This document shows, in pieces, positions 12,931 through 26,690 of a stretch of DNA of 64,000 bases. Location: NCBI GenBank assembly GCA_951406725.2, contig OX597815.1, positions 189,782,001 to 189,846,000 of the forward strand, given 5' to 3'. The position numbers and the translations under genes were made by a program. The stretch's first letter is position 1; each line of letters begins with the position of its first letter. This stretch comes from Octopus vulgaris (lineage: Eukaryota). The notes beneath the pieces were generated by a model, which saw only the letters and a list, made by a program, of their open reading frames with translations, did no database searches and had not been told where the DNA came from.

Positions 12931-13556
12931 AAGTGTCTTGTAAGACAAAACGGGTGGGGAAAAAACCCTCAACTGAGAGGGGTAAGTAGTATGGCTTTTG
13001 ACAGTTATGAGATTAAAGGTACAAAGGGACAGAGATAGGTGTCTTGCAATAGATACATGGATACCCCAGTTGGAAAGGAAAGGAGAGTTAGTGAGCAAGA
13101 TAAAGAGAACAACAGTGAGAGAGATAATAAATAATAGGTAATAAATTAATTTATTTATCCAATTTACATCGATTTTTTTTTTGTTGATTATTATAAGTAG
13201 ACATCACAAAAATTTTTTTCCAGAAATAGCATAAAAAATTGGATTAAGCCTTGGCAGCTTGGCTGATTTGGGCAATAGGGTAGGGGTTCAAAAAATAAAA
13301 AATAAATAGGTCAATAATCATTAAAAAAAAGGAAACATGCTTTGTATGCAAGCAAGGCAGTCAAAAACGTATATAAAAAGTAAATCTCTTTAAGTCTGGA
13401 AATATAAAATATTACAAATGTTATAAATAATGTAGGTCTATAAAATAAAGTTTATAAATGAGTTTGGTTTGGAAGAAGGTGAGTTTTTAATGATTTTGTT
13501 TGAAATTGGACAACCAAAAAATGTTTTTTAGCTTTTGTGGTAAAATATTAATCCAT

Positions 13557-14004
13557 AGGTGCAGGAGTGGCTGTGTGGTAAGTAGCTTGCTAACCAACCA
13601 CATGGTTCCAGGTTCAGTCCCACTGTGTGGCAGAAGACACATGTCCAGGTTTAGTCCCACTGTGTGGCATCTTGGGCAGGTGTCTTCTGCTATAGCCCCG
13701 GGCCGACCAATGCCTTGTGAGTGGATTTGGTAGACGGAAACTGAAAGAAGCCTGTTGTATATATATGTATATATATATATATGCGTATGTGTGTGTTTGC
13801 GTATCTGTGTTTGTCCCCCTAGCATTGCTTGACAACCGATGCTGGTGTGTTTACGTCCCTGCCACTTAGTGGTTCAGCACAAGAGACCGATAGAATAAGT
13901 ACTGGGCTTACAAAAAATAAATCCCGGGGTCGATTTGCTCGACTAAAGGTGGTGCTCCAGCATGGCTGCACTCAAATGACTGAAACAAGTAAAAGAGTAA
14001 AAGA
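13557..14004 (+). mobile_element. SINE family B, full length, with a short internal duplication in the head
   Basis: ggtgcaggagtggctgtgtggtaag...gactgaaacaagtaaaagag. Confidence 0.9.
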
Positions 14005-14289
14005 GCTATGTTAATACTGTTATAAATGAAGCTTTTTTTTGCAAAATAATACTCAACAAAAGGGCATTTCAAAATTTAAATCAGCGATACGTCTTGTTTG
14101 GTAGTTATGAAGGAGAGAACGACAACAGATAATTTTAGTATCTTATACAATATAGGGATGGAGAATATAGAAATAATTTCAAATTTTTATTTAAATATAA
14201 ATCAAATTAATATAAAATTATAGTTAATTAGTAAATAGTAATTTATTGGTATTAATGAGTTAAATTAAAGGAATATGCTAAACATTTCA

Positions 14290-14545
14290 GGCACGTAAAA
14301 AGCACCATCCGATCATGGCCGTTTACCAGCCTTGTCTGGCACCTGTGCGGGTGGCACGTAAAAAGCACCCACTACACTCACGGAGTGGTTGGCGTTTGGA
14401 AGGGCATCCAGCCGTAGAAACACTGCCAGATCAGACTGGGCCTGGTGCAGCCTACTGGCTTCCCAGACCCCAGTTGAACCATCCAACCCATGCCAGAATG
14501 GAAAACGGACGTTAAACAATGATGATGAAGATGATGATGATGATG
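14290..14545 (+). mobile_element. Repeat family C nested in the PLE
   Basis: ggcacgtaaaaagcacc...ggaaaacggacgttaaac(gat)n. Confidence 0.85.
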
Positions 14546-15955
14546 CTAATGACTTTAGAATATATTTACTTGTGTTATGAAATAGATAGTGAATTATAAC
14601 AGTATGGTTCTGTATAGGTTGAGTGTGAACCCAATAGAAAATGTATTATCAGTAAGATGATATAGTGGGTAAATGAGATAAAATGGTTTAAAATTTCAGT
14701 GAAGGAAATTTAAATAAGTGAATTGAAAAATAAAATTATTGTAGAATATTGTAGATAAGGGGTAGATAAGGATTTGTGTTCTAAAAACTTATTATAGAAA
14801 ATACCCAGCTTATTTATAATAGGTGAGGTAAGCCGCTATAAGAAAATACCTAATAATTACATTATAATTTTATAATCACTAGATTAAAATTAATATTTCC
14901 TTATCATGGGAGTTGTCGTGTAAGATTAGTGTTTAATATCGGGTGAAGAAATGATCAAACTATTGGTTAAAAATTATATTATCAATAAGAATTTTATAGA
15001 AATAGAGACTACATAACCCAGATAATATTATCTATTCTTTATCAAGTTTTGAATATTAATTTGGGGGATTTAGAAGAACTTTTTATGAGAATATTCTTAG
15101 TAAATAAGGTATTAATTGGCACACATATCAAAAACTTTCAAATATAATGAAAGGGAGGCAACAAAGATGAACGTTCCTACAATTAGGAATATTTAAATTT
15201 AGTATTTAAGAATGAAGTGTGGTTTATATGGGACATAATAATTTAGGCTAGTTAGATGTAATATTTATTAAAAAAATGTATATCATCACTATAACACATT
15301 CTAAAGTCATTAACATGTAGAAAATATATGAAATGTTTAGCATATTCCTTTAATTTAACTCATTAATACCAATAAATTACTATTTACTAATCAACTATAA
15401 ATTTATATTAATTTGATTTATATTTATATAAAAATATGAAATCATTTCTATATTCTCCATCCCTATATTGTATAAGATACTAAAATTATTCGAATTTTTT
15501 TGAAAGAACTATCTAAAATACACCTATTTATTTCAAATCACAATTAGGATTATGGCTATTAAATAGTTAAGTATTAGAAGTTTCTATTCTCCCTACCCCA
15601 TCAGCTTTAGCCTACTAATTTTAGCTGAAATCTATTCAACTGAACCAAACTGAGTTCTTCAAAGAGAACTTGATTTATGGCTCTGCCACTTAAACTGTCT
15701 CTTCTTCTATCTATAAAAGAAAGATTCTTGTTTTTGTCTCCACTACACCTGATGGAATAGTATTAAACCCCCTCCTCCATTAGTAAAGCTAAATAGCAAA
15801 GTAAGCAGTATCTCCATGAAAAAAATATTAATTTCTACCATGTTTCTGTTGATGAAACGTGTTTCTCTGTCTACCTACTTACCCTCTTTGTGATGTTGGT
15901 AAATGGAATAAGTATAAAAATGAATCTTTTCAATTTAACTAAATTCTATATTTAT

Positions 15956-16045
15956 ATGCAGCTGAAGATTGCTCTACATTTTAAAACTGATGTAATACTT
16001 GCATTGTTTAATTGAATGGAGTTGCATGAAACGATCGTACTGCAT
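15956..16045 (+). ncRNA. Type-I hammerhead ribozyme with intact core
   Basis: Stem I augcag(15956-61)/cugcau(16040-45); CUGAAGA 15962-68; long imperfect stem II; GAAA 16028-31; palindromic stem III CGAUCG; GUA cleavage site after 16039. Confidence 0.8.
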
Positions 16046-16221
16046 TACCTTTGGATATCCTTGTTGCTTATTTTGGATATATATATATATATATATTGTT
16101 AAACAAAAGTAATTTTGGGTGAGGATTGTTTATTTTGGGAGTCTTTCATGATTTATGAATATAGATGATGGTGAAACTTCCAAATACAAATGAGATACTT
16201 TCTCACTTGTGCCTAAAAATA

Positions 16222-16222
16222 C

Positions 16223-16295
<73 letters not shown>

Positions 16296-16318
16296 TGCTG
16301 TTGCTGCTGCTGCTGCTG

Positions 16319-16376
<58 letters not shown>
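16222..16376. repeat. (CTA)n-(CTG)n-(CTA)n compound microsatellite
   Basis: Direct reading. Confidence 0.95.
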
Positions 16377-16379
16377 ACC

Positions 16380-16806
16380 CAGTGCTGGATTAACCATTAA
16401 GCAAAAAAAACACGTGTTTATAGTATCAAGGGAAGGTAGGGGCACCTCAGAAATGGTAAATGGTTCACGGCACAAAAGAAATCACTTTAAACTTGCTAAA
16501 ATAATATTCGAGATGCCTTTATCTCTGCTAAGTATAGATGCAGATGTGTTACCTAAGATTAATTTTGAGGATCTGATCAAAGACTTTGCAATTCAAAAAA
16601 GTAGGAGCAAACTTTTCAAATAGAAATAAAGTGGAAGTAGACAAAACTAAACATTATTTTCCCTTCTTACTGTTTTCTTTCATTTTGGAAAATAAAAATT
16701 TATTTTATGGTTTGTTATTGTTTATATTTTGAATTACATAATCTTTTATGGGGGCATCAAAATCTTTTGAGTGTTTAGGGCCTTGATGGATCTTAATCTG
16801 GCCCTG
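16380..16806 (+). mobile_element. Internally deleted hAT (Tip100-like) transposon
   Basis: TIRs cagtgctggattaa / ttaatctggccctg; 8-bp TSD actacacc/actatacc; remnant LSLLSIDADVLPKINFEDLIKDFAIQKSR resembles the hAT dimerisation domain. Confidence 0.8.
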
Positions 16807-17344
16807 ACTATACCCCACTTCTATGTATCAATACTGAATTATTGAACCAAAAGGAAGCTTCTGTGGGGGAAGCTTATAATCATAAGTTTGTGTGATTAAT
16901 ACCAGCCTAGAAGTAAACAAAAATAATAACACTTAATTATAATTAATTTTTGTCACAGCAAACTAATTGTATTAAACTAATGATAGCTGTGTAATGAAAG
17001 TCTAAACTTAAACTTAATCACCTGAAGATTTGAAAAGAACCTGAGAAGTAATGCAGTGAAGCCTTAGCTTAAAATACAGTAAATTAGTGAATATATTTTT
17101 CTTGCTTGTCCACAGAATTGTGTGTGTGTGTGTGTGTGTGTGTGCATGAATGAGTGTATGTGTGTGTGTCTGCATGTGTGAGTGTGTGCATGTGTGTGTG
17201 TATGTGCATGTGTGTGTGTGTGTATAACAGAAAGGAATAAGAATTTGAAATCTGGGTAGGTACCTAATGAGCACTCTAACGAAATCCAAATCTGGCTAAC
17301 CACATCGAATGATAGGGAACATACAGAATCGTTTAAGATAAAAC

Positions 17345-17526
17345 AATTACATTGTACTTTATTTACATCATTTACATTTGATGGATATTTGTCATCATTT
17401 AGTTTGTTGTTAACACGTTTCCACTGATATACCCTCCAGCCTTCATCAGGTGTCTTGGGGAAATTTTGAACCTGGGTTTTCATTCCTATTATTATTATTA
17501 TCATTATTATTATTATAATAATAATA

Positions 17527-17569
<43 letters not shown>

Positions 17570-17655
17570 CCACTGCCTGGAATCAAACTCGGAATCTTGG
17601 GGTTTGTAGCCCACACTCTTAACCACTATGCCATATGCTCATGGGCATAATAATG

Positions 17656-17688
<33 letters not shown>

Positions 17689-18060
17689 TCAAAAAATACT
17701 TTAAGAATGAGAACCCAGGTTCGAAATTTCTCCAAGACATCTGATGAAGGCTGGAGGGTATATTAACCGGAACGTGTTAACAACAAACAAGATCATCATC
17801 ATCATCATCATCGTTTAACGTCCGCTTTCCATGCTAGCATGGGTTGGACGATTTGACTGAAGACTGGTGAACCAGATGGCTGCACCAGGCTGCTCCAATC
17901 TTGATCTGGCAGAGATTCTACAGCTGGATGCCCTTCCTAACGCCAACCACTCCGAGAGTGTAGCGCGTGCTTTTTACGTGCCACCAGCACAAGGAGGACA
18001 AATATCCGTCAAATGTAAATAATGTAAATAATGTACATAATTCCTCATCTCTTAAATATA
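17345..18060. mobile_element. Head-to-head pair of a tRNA-headed, (TAA)n-spaced element with an HHR-like tail; family C inserted at 17793-17992
   Basis: Minus-strand head tggcatagtggttaag (A box) and gagtttgattcc (B box) at 17565-17640; both arms carry gaca(c/t)CTGATGAaggctg-gagggtatat-...g(a/g)aacgtgtt. Confidence 0.75.
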
Positions 18061-18562
18061 GAACTGCACATGGTACTTCACTTGATAGGTAAATACTGAG
18101 TTTGCTTTATTGGATTTCACGCAGCATAGAGAGTACAAAGTACAGAGTACAGAGTACAGAGTATAATAAAGACATCATAGACAAAAACGAGCGCTATTAC
18201 ACATCTTCAAAATTTGTTTATTACAGTGTTATTCTCAATAAATTCCAATCCATGTTTTGACTTTAAGAGTCCCTCATAGCGTGAGGCATTTATGTGTAGT
18301 AATGCCCTTAATAAATAAATAAAAATATTACAATGTATATGTATGTACGTGTGTATGTGAGCATATATGTATTTGTGTATATGTATTTGTGTGTGCTTGT
18401 ATGTGTGTGTGTGTGTGTGTGTTTTGAAATTGAATGCTACAATTTTACTCCAAGTTTCTCACCAGTGATGTGCCTGAAGGCAGCTACAAGTATATAATTT
18501 GATGTGAATAAACATCAAAAGGCTTCAAACATCAAATTCGGTTGCACTAATTTAATTAGTTT

Positions 18563-18595
<33 letters not shown>

Positions 18596-18785
18596 GTAGT
18601 TTTTTTTTGTTTGTTTTGTTTTTACACATTGTGAGATTTGATCTCTTCAGTCATGTGTGATATGAAACTGCTTGACAATTTCCACAACCAATCGACTCAT
18701 TCTCCCTCCAACCCTGTCCTACACTCCTCTCTCTCTCTCTCTATCTTTCTCTCTGTCTCTATTTTTACCAGCAAACAATTCTTAC

Positions 18786-18816
18786 CTGAATAATTTCTCT
18801 TAAGTGTCAGATGCAG
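18786..18816 (-). other. Candidate 31-nt exon
   Basis: cattttcag|ctgcatctgacacttaagagaaattattcag|gtaaga; open only as LHLTLKRNYS. Confidence 0.3.
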
Positions 18817-19182
18817 CTGAAAATGTTTTGTACCTTGCTCAAGGAATCGCACCTTATCCAATTCAGCCACAGCAGTTTTTGTTTTTTTTGACAATAATAA
18901 TAGAGTTATAGTAGCCGAACAATTGATACAGTTACAGAGAGAGAGTGAGAGAGAGAGAGAGAGAGAGAGAAATAAACCAATTATCGTACAATATTAGTTT
19001 TAGGAACTAAATAGAAATTAAGTATTTACAGGCCGAAGAAATACCAAATAAAACATTAATTTCTTCTTAAATATATACACATGTATATACACACATATAT
19101 ATATGTATATACACACACATATATATATATATGTATATACATGTATATACACATATATACATATATATATATATATACACAT

Positions 19183-19602
19183 AGGCGCAGGAGTGGCTGT
19201 GTGGTAAGTAGCTTGCTAACCAACCACATGGTTCCGGGTTCAGTCCTACTGCGTGGCATCTTGGGCAAGTGTCTTCTGCTATAGCCCCGGGCCGACCAAT
19301 GCCTTGTGAGTGGATTTGGTAGATGGAAACTGAAAGAAGCCTGTCGTATATATGTATATATATATGTATGTGTGTGTGTGTGTATGTTTGTGTGTCTGTG
19401 TTTGTCCCCCAGGCATTGCTTGACAACCGATGCTGGTGTGTTTACGTCCCCGTCACTTAGCGGTTCGGCAAAAGAGACCGATAGAATAAGTACTGGGCTT
19501 ACAAAGAATAAGTCCCGGGGTCGATTTGATCGACTAAAAAAAAGGCGGTGCTCCAGCATGGCCGCAGTCAAATGACTGAAACAAGTAAAAGAGAAAAAGA
19601 GA
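19183..19602 (+). mobile_element. SINE family B, full length, CpG-rich (young)
   Basis: tRNA-like head, internal (TA)/(TG) spacer, tail ggcggtgctccagcatggccgcagtcaaatgactgaaacaagtaaaagag. Confidence 0.9.
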
Positions 19603-19633
19603 AATACATATATAGATAGATAGATATAGCTAT

Positions 19634-19669
<36 letters not shown>

Positions 19670-19746
19670 ATAAATATTAGGGAATGAATCCAAAATTACA
19701 GGGAAAAATCAGATTTAGGGTTAAATCCAATTTTATAGTAAAATAT

Positions 19747-19913
19747 TATATAATATAATTCGAGACAAAACCACTATTTTAAAAACCAAACAAGGAAAGA
19801 CTTAATCAATACATAAAATTTTAATATAATTTATATTAAAATTTTATGTATTGATTAAGTCTTTCCTTGTTTGGTTTTTAAAATAGTGGTTTTGTCTCGA
19901 ATTATATTATATA
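19747..19913. repeat. Perfect palindrome, 83-bp arms around a 1-nt centre (19830)
   Basis: cgagacaaaaccactattttaaaaaccaaacaaggaaagacttaatcaatacataaaattttaatataa-t-reverse complement. Confidence 0.95.
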
Positions 19914-20008
19914 TATATATATATATACATGCATATATATTTGTATCTATCAATCTGTCTATCAGTGTATTATGTATGTATATAATATATGTATGTATAT
20001 ATATATAC

Positions 20009-20074
<66 letters not shown>

Positions 20075-20870
20075 ATATATATATATGTTTTGCTGACACA
20101 TATGAAATGACAACTGGTACAAAAATTCCTCATGCTTCATTGCATGTATGTGAATATTTTCTAAGAGGAGATATCCAATTCCATTTCAGCATCACTATTA
20201 TTTGCTTACCTCTTTTCTGTAGGGATTCAACTTTTAATAATACAGTCAGAAGATGAAAGACCCATTTTTTTCTATCTTTTCTTTTTTATGCTTTGTGAAT
20301 TTCTAATTCTCCTGACTTGTCCTGGTATGTCATCAGTTCGATTGACTGTTTTACAGATCAGTAACTCATAACTTAGTAGTTCGTACCAGATATACTAGTA
20401 TATATATAGTGTGTGTGTGTGTGTGTTTGGACAAACCATGGTGACTAACTTGTAAATAGGTCAGTTATCTTTGTTTCAAATCTAATGGTTAGAATATTCA
20501 ACTCAATACACACACACACGCATGCACACACACACACATACACACACGCACACACTTATAAACAAGTGAACTGTTGTTTTGATAAGTATCGGTGCATAAC
20601 CCAGGTCTTCCATAATTAACTCTATGTTATGTATCGGCTTTGATGTAATTTTCCTTAATAATATGTGTGTATGCATTCAGTCACCTATGCCTGAGGAGCT
20701 AAGTCTGAATGATAAGCCTATGAAACTTGAAGCTGCATGAAGTTAAATCAAACTGTTATTAAATACTATTATATGTAACTCCTTCCAAGTGTGCTGTGTG
20801 CCTCTTTGTTTCATTTCTCCACTCATTCATATGTATATTAATCTCTCTCTCTCTCTCTCTCTTTTTTTAC

Positions 20871-20899
<29 letters not shown>

Positions 20900-20905
<6 letters not shown>

Positions 20906-21270
20906 TAAATAAAATAAAACATATGCATATATATAAACATATATGTACGTACCTACCTCTACATGTACATATACACGCATATATGAGTACAGGACACCAA
21001 AAAGGACGTCGAACACAATGAGAAACGAAAACATAGACACAAACCAAAGGAACTGGACATTTATTTACAAACAGCAAAAAAATAGAATACAGGACAATTA
21101 ACACAAAGAAAAAACCCCTTCTTCAGTCGCTAAAGCTTTCATCTACTCTACGTTTCGAAGGATAAAAGTGAGACGTATCTTCGACAAGAAAACTTTCCTT
21201 CCTGCGAAAAGCAAATCAATTAAAATTCTGAGATCTTTTCGCAGAGGGGTAAAAAATAGTAACAACAGGA
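20900..21270 (-). mobile_element. PLE-type repeat with degenerate HHR (~21146-21191); relative at 34600-34825
   Basis: Minus strand: uuc-UUGUCGA-A-ga...uc-GAAA-CG-UA-gag; flanked by (TA)n/(CA)n. Confidence 0.5.
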
Positions 21271-22081
21271 CAACACACACACACATACACACTCATTTAC
21301 ATACACATACACACGTATGCATACACATATTATTTAGTCTAGATTGAATGGTTTAATTACTGATAAATTTGTTATTGTTGTTAATGTTGTTTAGGCTCAG
21401 ACCAGCTCTGATTGAAGTGACCTAAGAATAAAGGCGTTCCAATCATGACCAACCTGTTTGTAAACTCATGACTACAATGTCCAGCATGTTTTTCCTCTTT
21501 TTAAAATGCTAGGATTTTTTTAACAGGATTTGGTTAGTATTTCTAACATTAGTACAAGGCCACATATTTAGAAAGAAAGCATAGTCAATTATATTGACAC
21601 TAGTACTTGACTAGTATTTAGTTTTATTGACCCCAGAAGGATGAAAGACAAAGTTCACTTCGGCGGAAACTGAACTCAGAATGTAAAGGGCTGCACCTAA
21701 ATACTGTAAGGTATTTTCTTCAACACTTTAACATGTCAGCTGACCCTTTATTTTTTACAATTCCTAACTATAAAAACTGTTACATATTTGCATATTTTAT
21801 CAACAGTTGGCTGCTTAGTTAACCGTTAGCCATTCAACCATGAAGTATGAGCAGAATTTGTTTCTGTTTTCATTAATTTAGGCAAACTGAAGCGAGTAAT
21901 AGAGTATCTTTCTTAATAGTAAGGCATTACAACTGAATTAATAAAATAAGCTGTAGGAGATAATTTCCATCTATCAGCTTTTTGATTATATTGTGGTGTA
22001 CTTCTGGTGGCCAGCTATCATAGGGGAAGACAATCCCTTCTAGATTAACTTAAGTAGAAGTGGGTCTGGAAGTTTGAAATT

Positions 22082-22113
<32 letters not shown>

Positions 22114-22286
22114 TTAGGGAGTATAACTCCAAACTTACAGGGAAAAATTCAATTTAGTATTAAATCAAATTTCACAGTATAAAAAATATAAAATATGAAT
22201 TAGAGATAAAACCACTATTATGCAACTCAGACAGTGATAGACATAAACCAATACATAAATAACAAATAATATATATAATTAATATA

Positions 22287-22351
<65 letters not shown>

Positions 22352-23187
22352 CTATGTATGTTTGATGTATGTGTGCCTTTGTTTGTATCCTCCACCACTG
22401 CTTCACAATTGGTGTTGGTGTGTTTATGTCTCCATAACTCAGCAAAAGGGATTAAAAGATTAAGAACTCAGCTATTAAAAAAATGCCCCATCATGGCTGC
22501 AGTCTAATGACTGAAACATATGACCGATAAATATTTGCATATGCATAGAAAAAAAATCTATTGTGGTTGAGGTCATTGATTCAACTCATTCCATAATGCC
22601 ATCTCCGTATTCCAGGAGAATGGTTTCTCTTATCCTACAAAGATTAACTGCAGTTAAAGAAAAGCAAGGAAAGAATTAACATAATTTATTTTCAGGAATA
22701 TAGTGGTACCAGACCAAAAGAACTGTGTTTCAGTGACACTATAGTGCCAATGATAGCAAAAGGTAAAAAAAAAGAAGGTAAAATAAATGATCAGGGTTTA
22801 ATACAATTAGATGAAAATGTTGTTATAAATCTAATATCAGGCCAGTTAGTACTTTGTGACTCACTTGCTATGAGTTGAGTTTATGGCATCTTTAAATAGC
22901 TTCTCTAATTTGGTTTATAGGAAATAATCTGGCATTCTCTCTGATTTCTCAAAATGTTGCAAAAAAAAATCATAATTAAGATACTATGAAAAAGAATCTT
23001 TAGAAAGATCTGTCAAAAGAAAATACCAATTAACTTTAATCAAATTATGAATTCTTAGTTCAGAAGAAATCAGTTTTTAGTCTATTGGAAATTAGTGACC
23101 ATCTCCAAAGAAAAATGGAAACTCCTGGTAGGTTCTATCTGGAATTAGTTTCATCTTGTTTCTATTATTAATATTCTTAATAGATGG

Positions 23188-23630
23188 AAGGCAGCAAACT
23201 GGCAGAATCGTTAGCATGCTGGGCAAAATGCTTATCAGTATTTCATTTGTCTTTACATTCTGAATTAATATTCCGCCAAGGTCAACTTTGCCTTTTATCC
23301 TTCTGGGATCCATGAAATAACTACCAGTTATATACGGAGGTCAATTAGCTCCCTGCTCCAAAATTTCAAAGTTTATGCCTATAGTAGGAAGGATTGTTAA
23401 TATTCTTAATAGATGTCATGTGATAAAATGGCAGAATTGTTAGCACACCGAGAAAAATATTGTGCAGCATTTCATCTATCTGTACATTCTGATTTCAAAT
23501 TCCACTGAGGTCTACTTTGCCTTTAATTCTTTCAAGGTCGATAAAATAAGTACCAGTTGAGCACAGGAGCTGATATAATTGACTTGCAGCATCCCCTGAG
23601 ATAGCTGGCCTTGTACCAAAAATTTTAAAC
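23188..23630 (+). mobile_element. Two decayed family D-like SINEs
   Basis: ggcagaatcgttagc...gtcaactttgccttttatcc cores. Confidence 0.7.
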
Positions 23631-23694
23631 CAATGAAGCCTTATTTCATTTCCTGTCTTTATACACCTGTATATTTACAACCTTGTCAACATCA

Positions 23695-24005
23695 TTATCA
23701 TCATCATCGTTTTAACATCTGTTTTCCCTGCTGGCATGGGTTGGATGGCTTGACTGAGGAGTGGCAAGCCAGGTGGCCGTACCGGGCTCCAATCTGATCT
23801 GGCAAGGTTTCTACAGCTGGATACCCTTCTTAATGCCAACCACTCTGAGAGTGTAGTGGGTGCTTTTTATATGCCACCAGCATGGGGGCCAGTCAGGCGA
23901 CACTGGCATCAACCATGCTTGAAATGGTGTCTTTTACATTCCACTGGCATGGGAGCCAGTCAGGCAGCACTGGCACCAACCATGCTCGAATCGTACTTTT
24001 TAAAT
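23695..24005 (-). mobile_element. Repeat family C
   Basis: (cat)n tail and 58-bp units. Confidence 0.8.
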
Positions 24006-24342
24006 GCTACTGTTTATGCAAATTGTCAGAGTAACTGTAACTATTTGTTAGAGAGAATAACAAATTAATGGTAAACGGTAGAAGTATGGCTGTGTAGTGA
24101 AGAAATTCACTTCACAAATAAATGGCTTCGAATTCATTTCTAATATTTAGTACCTTGGGCTAGTGTCATCTTCTATAGTCCCAGGCTGACTAATATTTCA
24201 TGAATGAATTTGGTACATAGAAGCTGAAAAGAAACCTACTGTACATGTGCATGTGCCTATATATATATATATATATATAAAATTAGATTTAATCCTAAAT
24301 CTAATTTTCCCTGTAAGTTTGGATTTACTCCCTAATGTTATT

Positions 24343-24394
<52 letters not shown>

Positions 24395-24604
24395 GTATGT
24401 GTGTGTGTGTGTGTATACATGCATACATGTATGTGTGTGTATGCATTCAGTCATCTGTGCCTGAGGAGCTAAGTCTGAGCGATGATCCTATGAAACTTGA
24501 AGCTGCATGAAGTTAAATCAAACTGTTACTAAATACTATTATATGTAACTCCTTCCAAGTGTGCTGTGTGCCTCTTTCTTTCATTTCTCCACTCACTCAC
24601 ATTA

Positions 24605-25545
<941 letters not shown>

Positions 25546-25929
25546 TCTCTCTGTATATATATATACACACACTCACACACATTTACATACACGTATACAC
25601 ATATGCATACACATATCATGTGCGTTTGTGTATGCCTGTGCATTCATGCACGTGTGTGCTGATGAAATTCTCTCTGTTGATGTAACCTGCACTTTTGCAG
25701 ACACTTTTATAAAAGATGATTTCTCAGGATGATTACAGCAGCTTACAGTGTCCAAATGGATGTGACTAATTCTCAAAGTGTTGTGCTAGAAACATATTAT
25801 ACCAGGTGGCTGGGATATTTAGCCTTCTAAGCTCAGAGAAGTCTTAAATTCCATTGAGTAGCTTTGCTTTGGAAGGTGTTAAGCAGCAAAGATATAATTC
25901 TGCAAAAAAAAATAGGATGCTGCTCTATT

Positions 25930-26019
25930 GCAGGTTGTTGTCACTGTTGTTCTTGTTGTTCTTGTTATTGTTTTTATTGCTGATATTGTTGTTGCTGCTG
26001 CCGCCGCTGTAATTGTTGT

Positions 26020-26052
<33 letters not shown>

Positions 26053-26104
26053 GGCTGCTGCTGTTGCTGCTGTTGTTGTTGTTGTCGTTGTTTTTGTTGT
26101 TGTT

Positions 26105-26135
<31 letters not shown>

Positions 26136-26240
26136 TTGCTGCTATTGTTGTTGTTGCTTTGTTGTTTTTGTTGTTGCTGCTGCTATTGGTGTTGTTGTTG
26201 TTGTTGTTATTGGTGTTGTTGTTGTTTTTTATTGTTGCTT
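25930..26240. repeat. (GTT/GCT)n microsatellite
   Basis: Direct reading. Confidence 0.95.
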
Positions 26241-26690
26241 AGCTTCAGGTCTGCTCTCAGCAAGCAAATTCTATGACTGAAAGAAATTCTATTGGGTTTT
26301 CCAGAAAGTTTGTGCCTTTGTCATATGTGTGGCATAGTATATATATATATATATTTGTGTAAAAAAATTTATGAGTCATTCGATAACTAATCAGAGTTTC
26401 ACATGTGATAAAATGGCTCAGCTTTCATCAATAAAATCTGAAACTCTGATTAGCTGCACTGTGGATTATTAATTTTACAGAAATATAAAAGTAACTTAAA
26501 TAGAGAGATGCTATTGACAATCCAATAATTTATTTATATTATAAGATTACATGGTATACTATGGATATAATATAACATAATATTATATAACATAAGCAAT
26601 TATTAAAAAAAAAAACGTAAAAGGCCAACAAATTGTTTCACCTTAGATATGTATTCTGATATACATACACAATAACTGTTCCCTTATATA

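Larger units (their letters stand above)
14130..16076. mobile_element. Decayed Penelope-like element with inverted junction at ~15297: RT/GIY-YIG remnant on minus (14560-15295), 3' region with HHR on plus (15298-16076)
   Basis: YSDDIHFF (YxDD-like) on minus near 15270-15295; 14130-14290 plus 14545-14562 are reverse complements of 15298-15490; the 3' part is homologous to 52450-53335. Confidence 0.65.
20660..24600 (+). repeat. ~170-bp direct repeat (20660-20830 and 24432-24600) containing a degenerate HHR-like motif
   Basis: t(a/g)tgc-CTGAGGA...GAAActtgaag-ct-gcatg in both copies. Confidence 0.7.

Noticed and set aside
17565-17640. Possible tRNA gene (also the heads at 503, 28916, 29432 and 59583)
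   Set aside because: No complete cloverleaf or oligo-T terminator; each continues into a repeat body
21115-21160. GAAAC followed by CUGAAGA on minus (type-II HHR order; also ~34750)
   Set aside because: No convincing stem I; the GAAAC fits better with an upstream degenerate type-I core
26385-26455. Short inverted repeat taatcagagtttca/tgaaactctgatta with UUGAUGA...GAAA on minus
   Set aside because: Probably another HHR remnant, but the stems are too decayed to support a call
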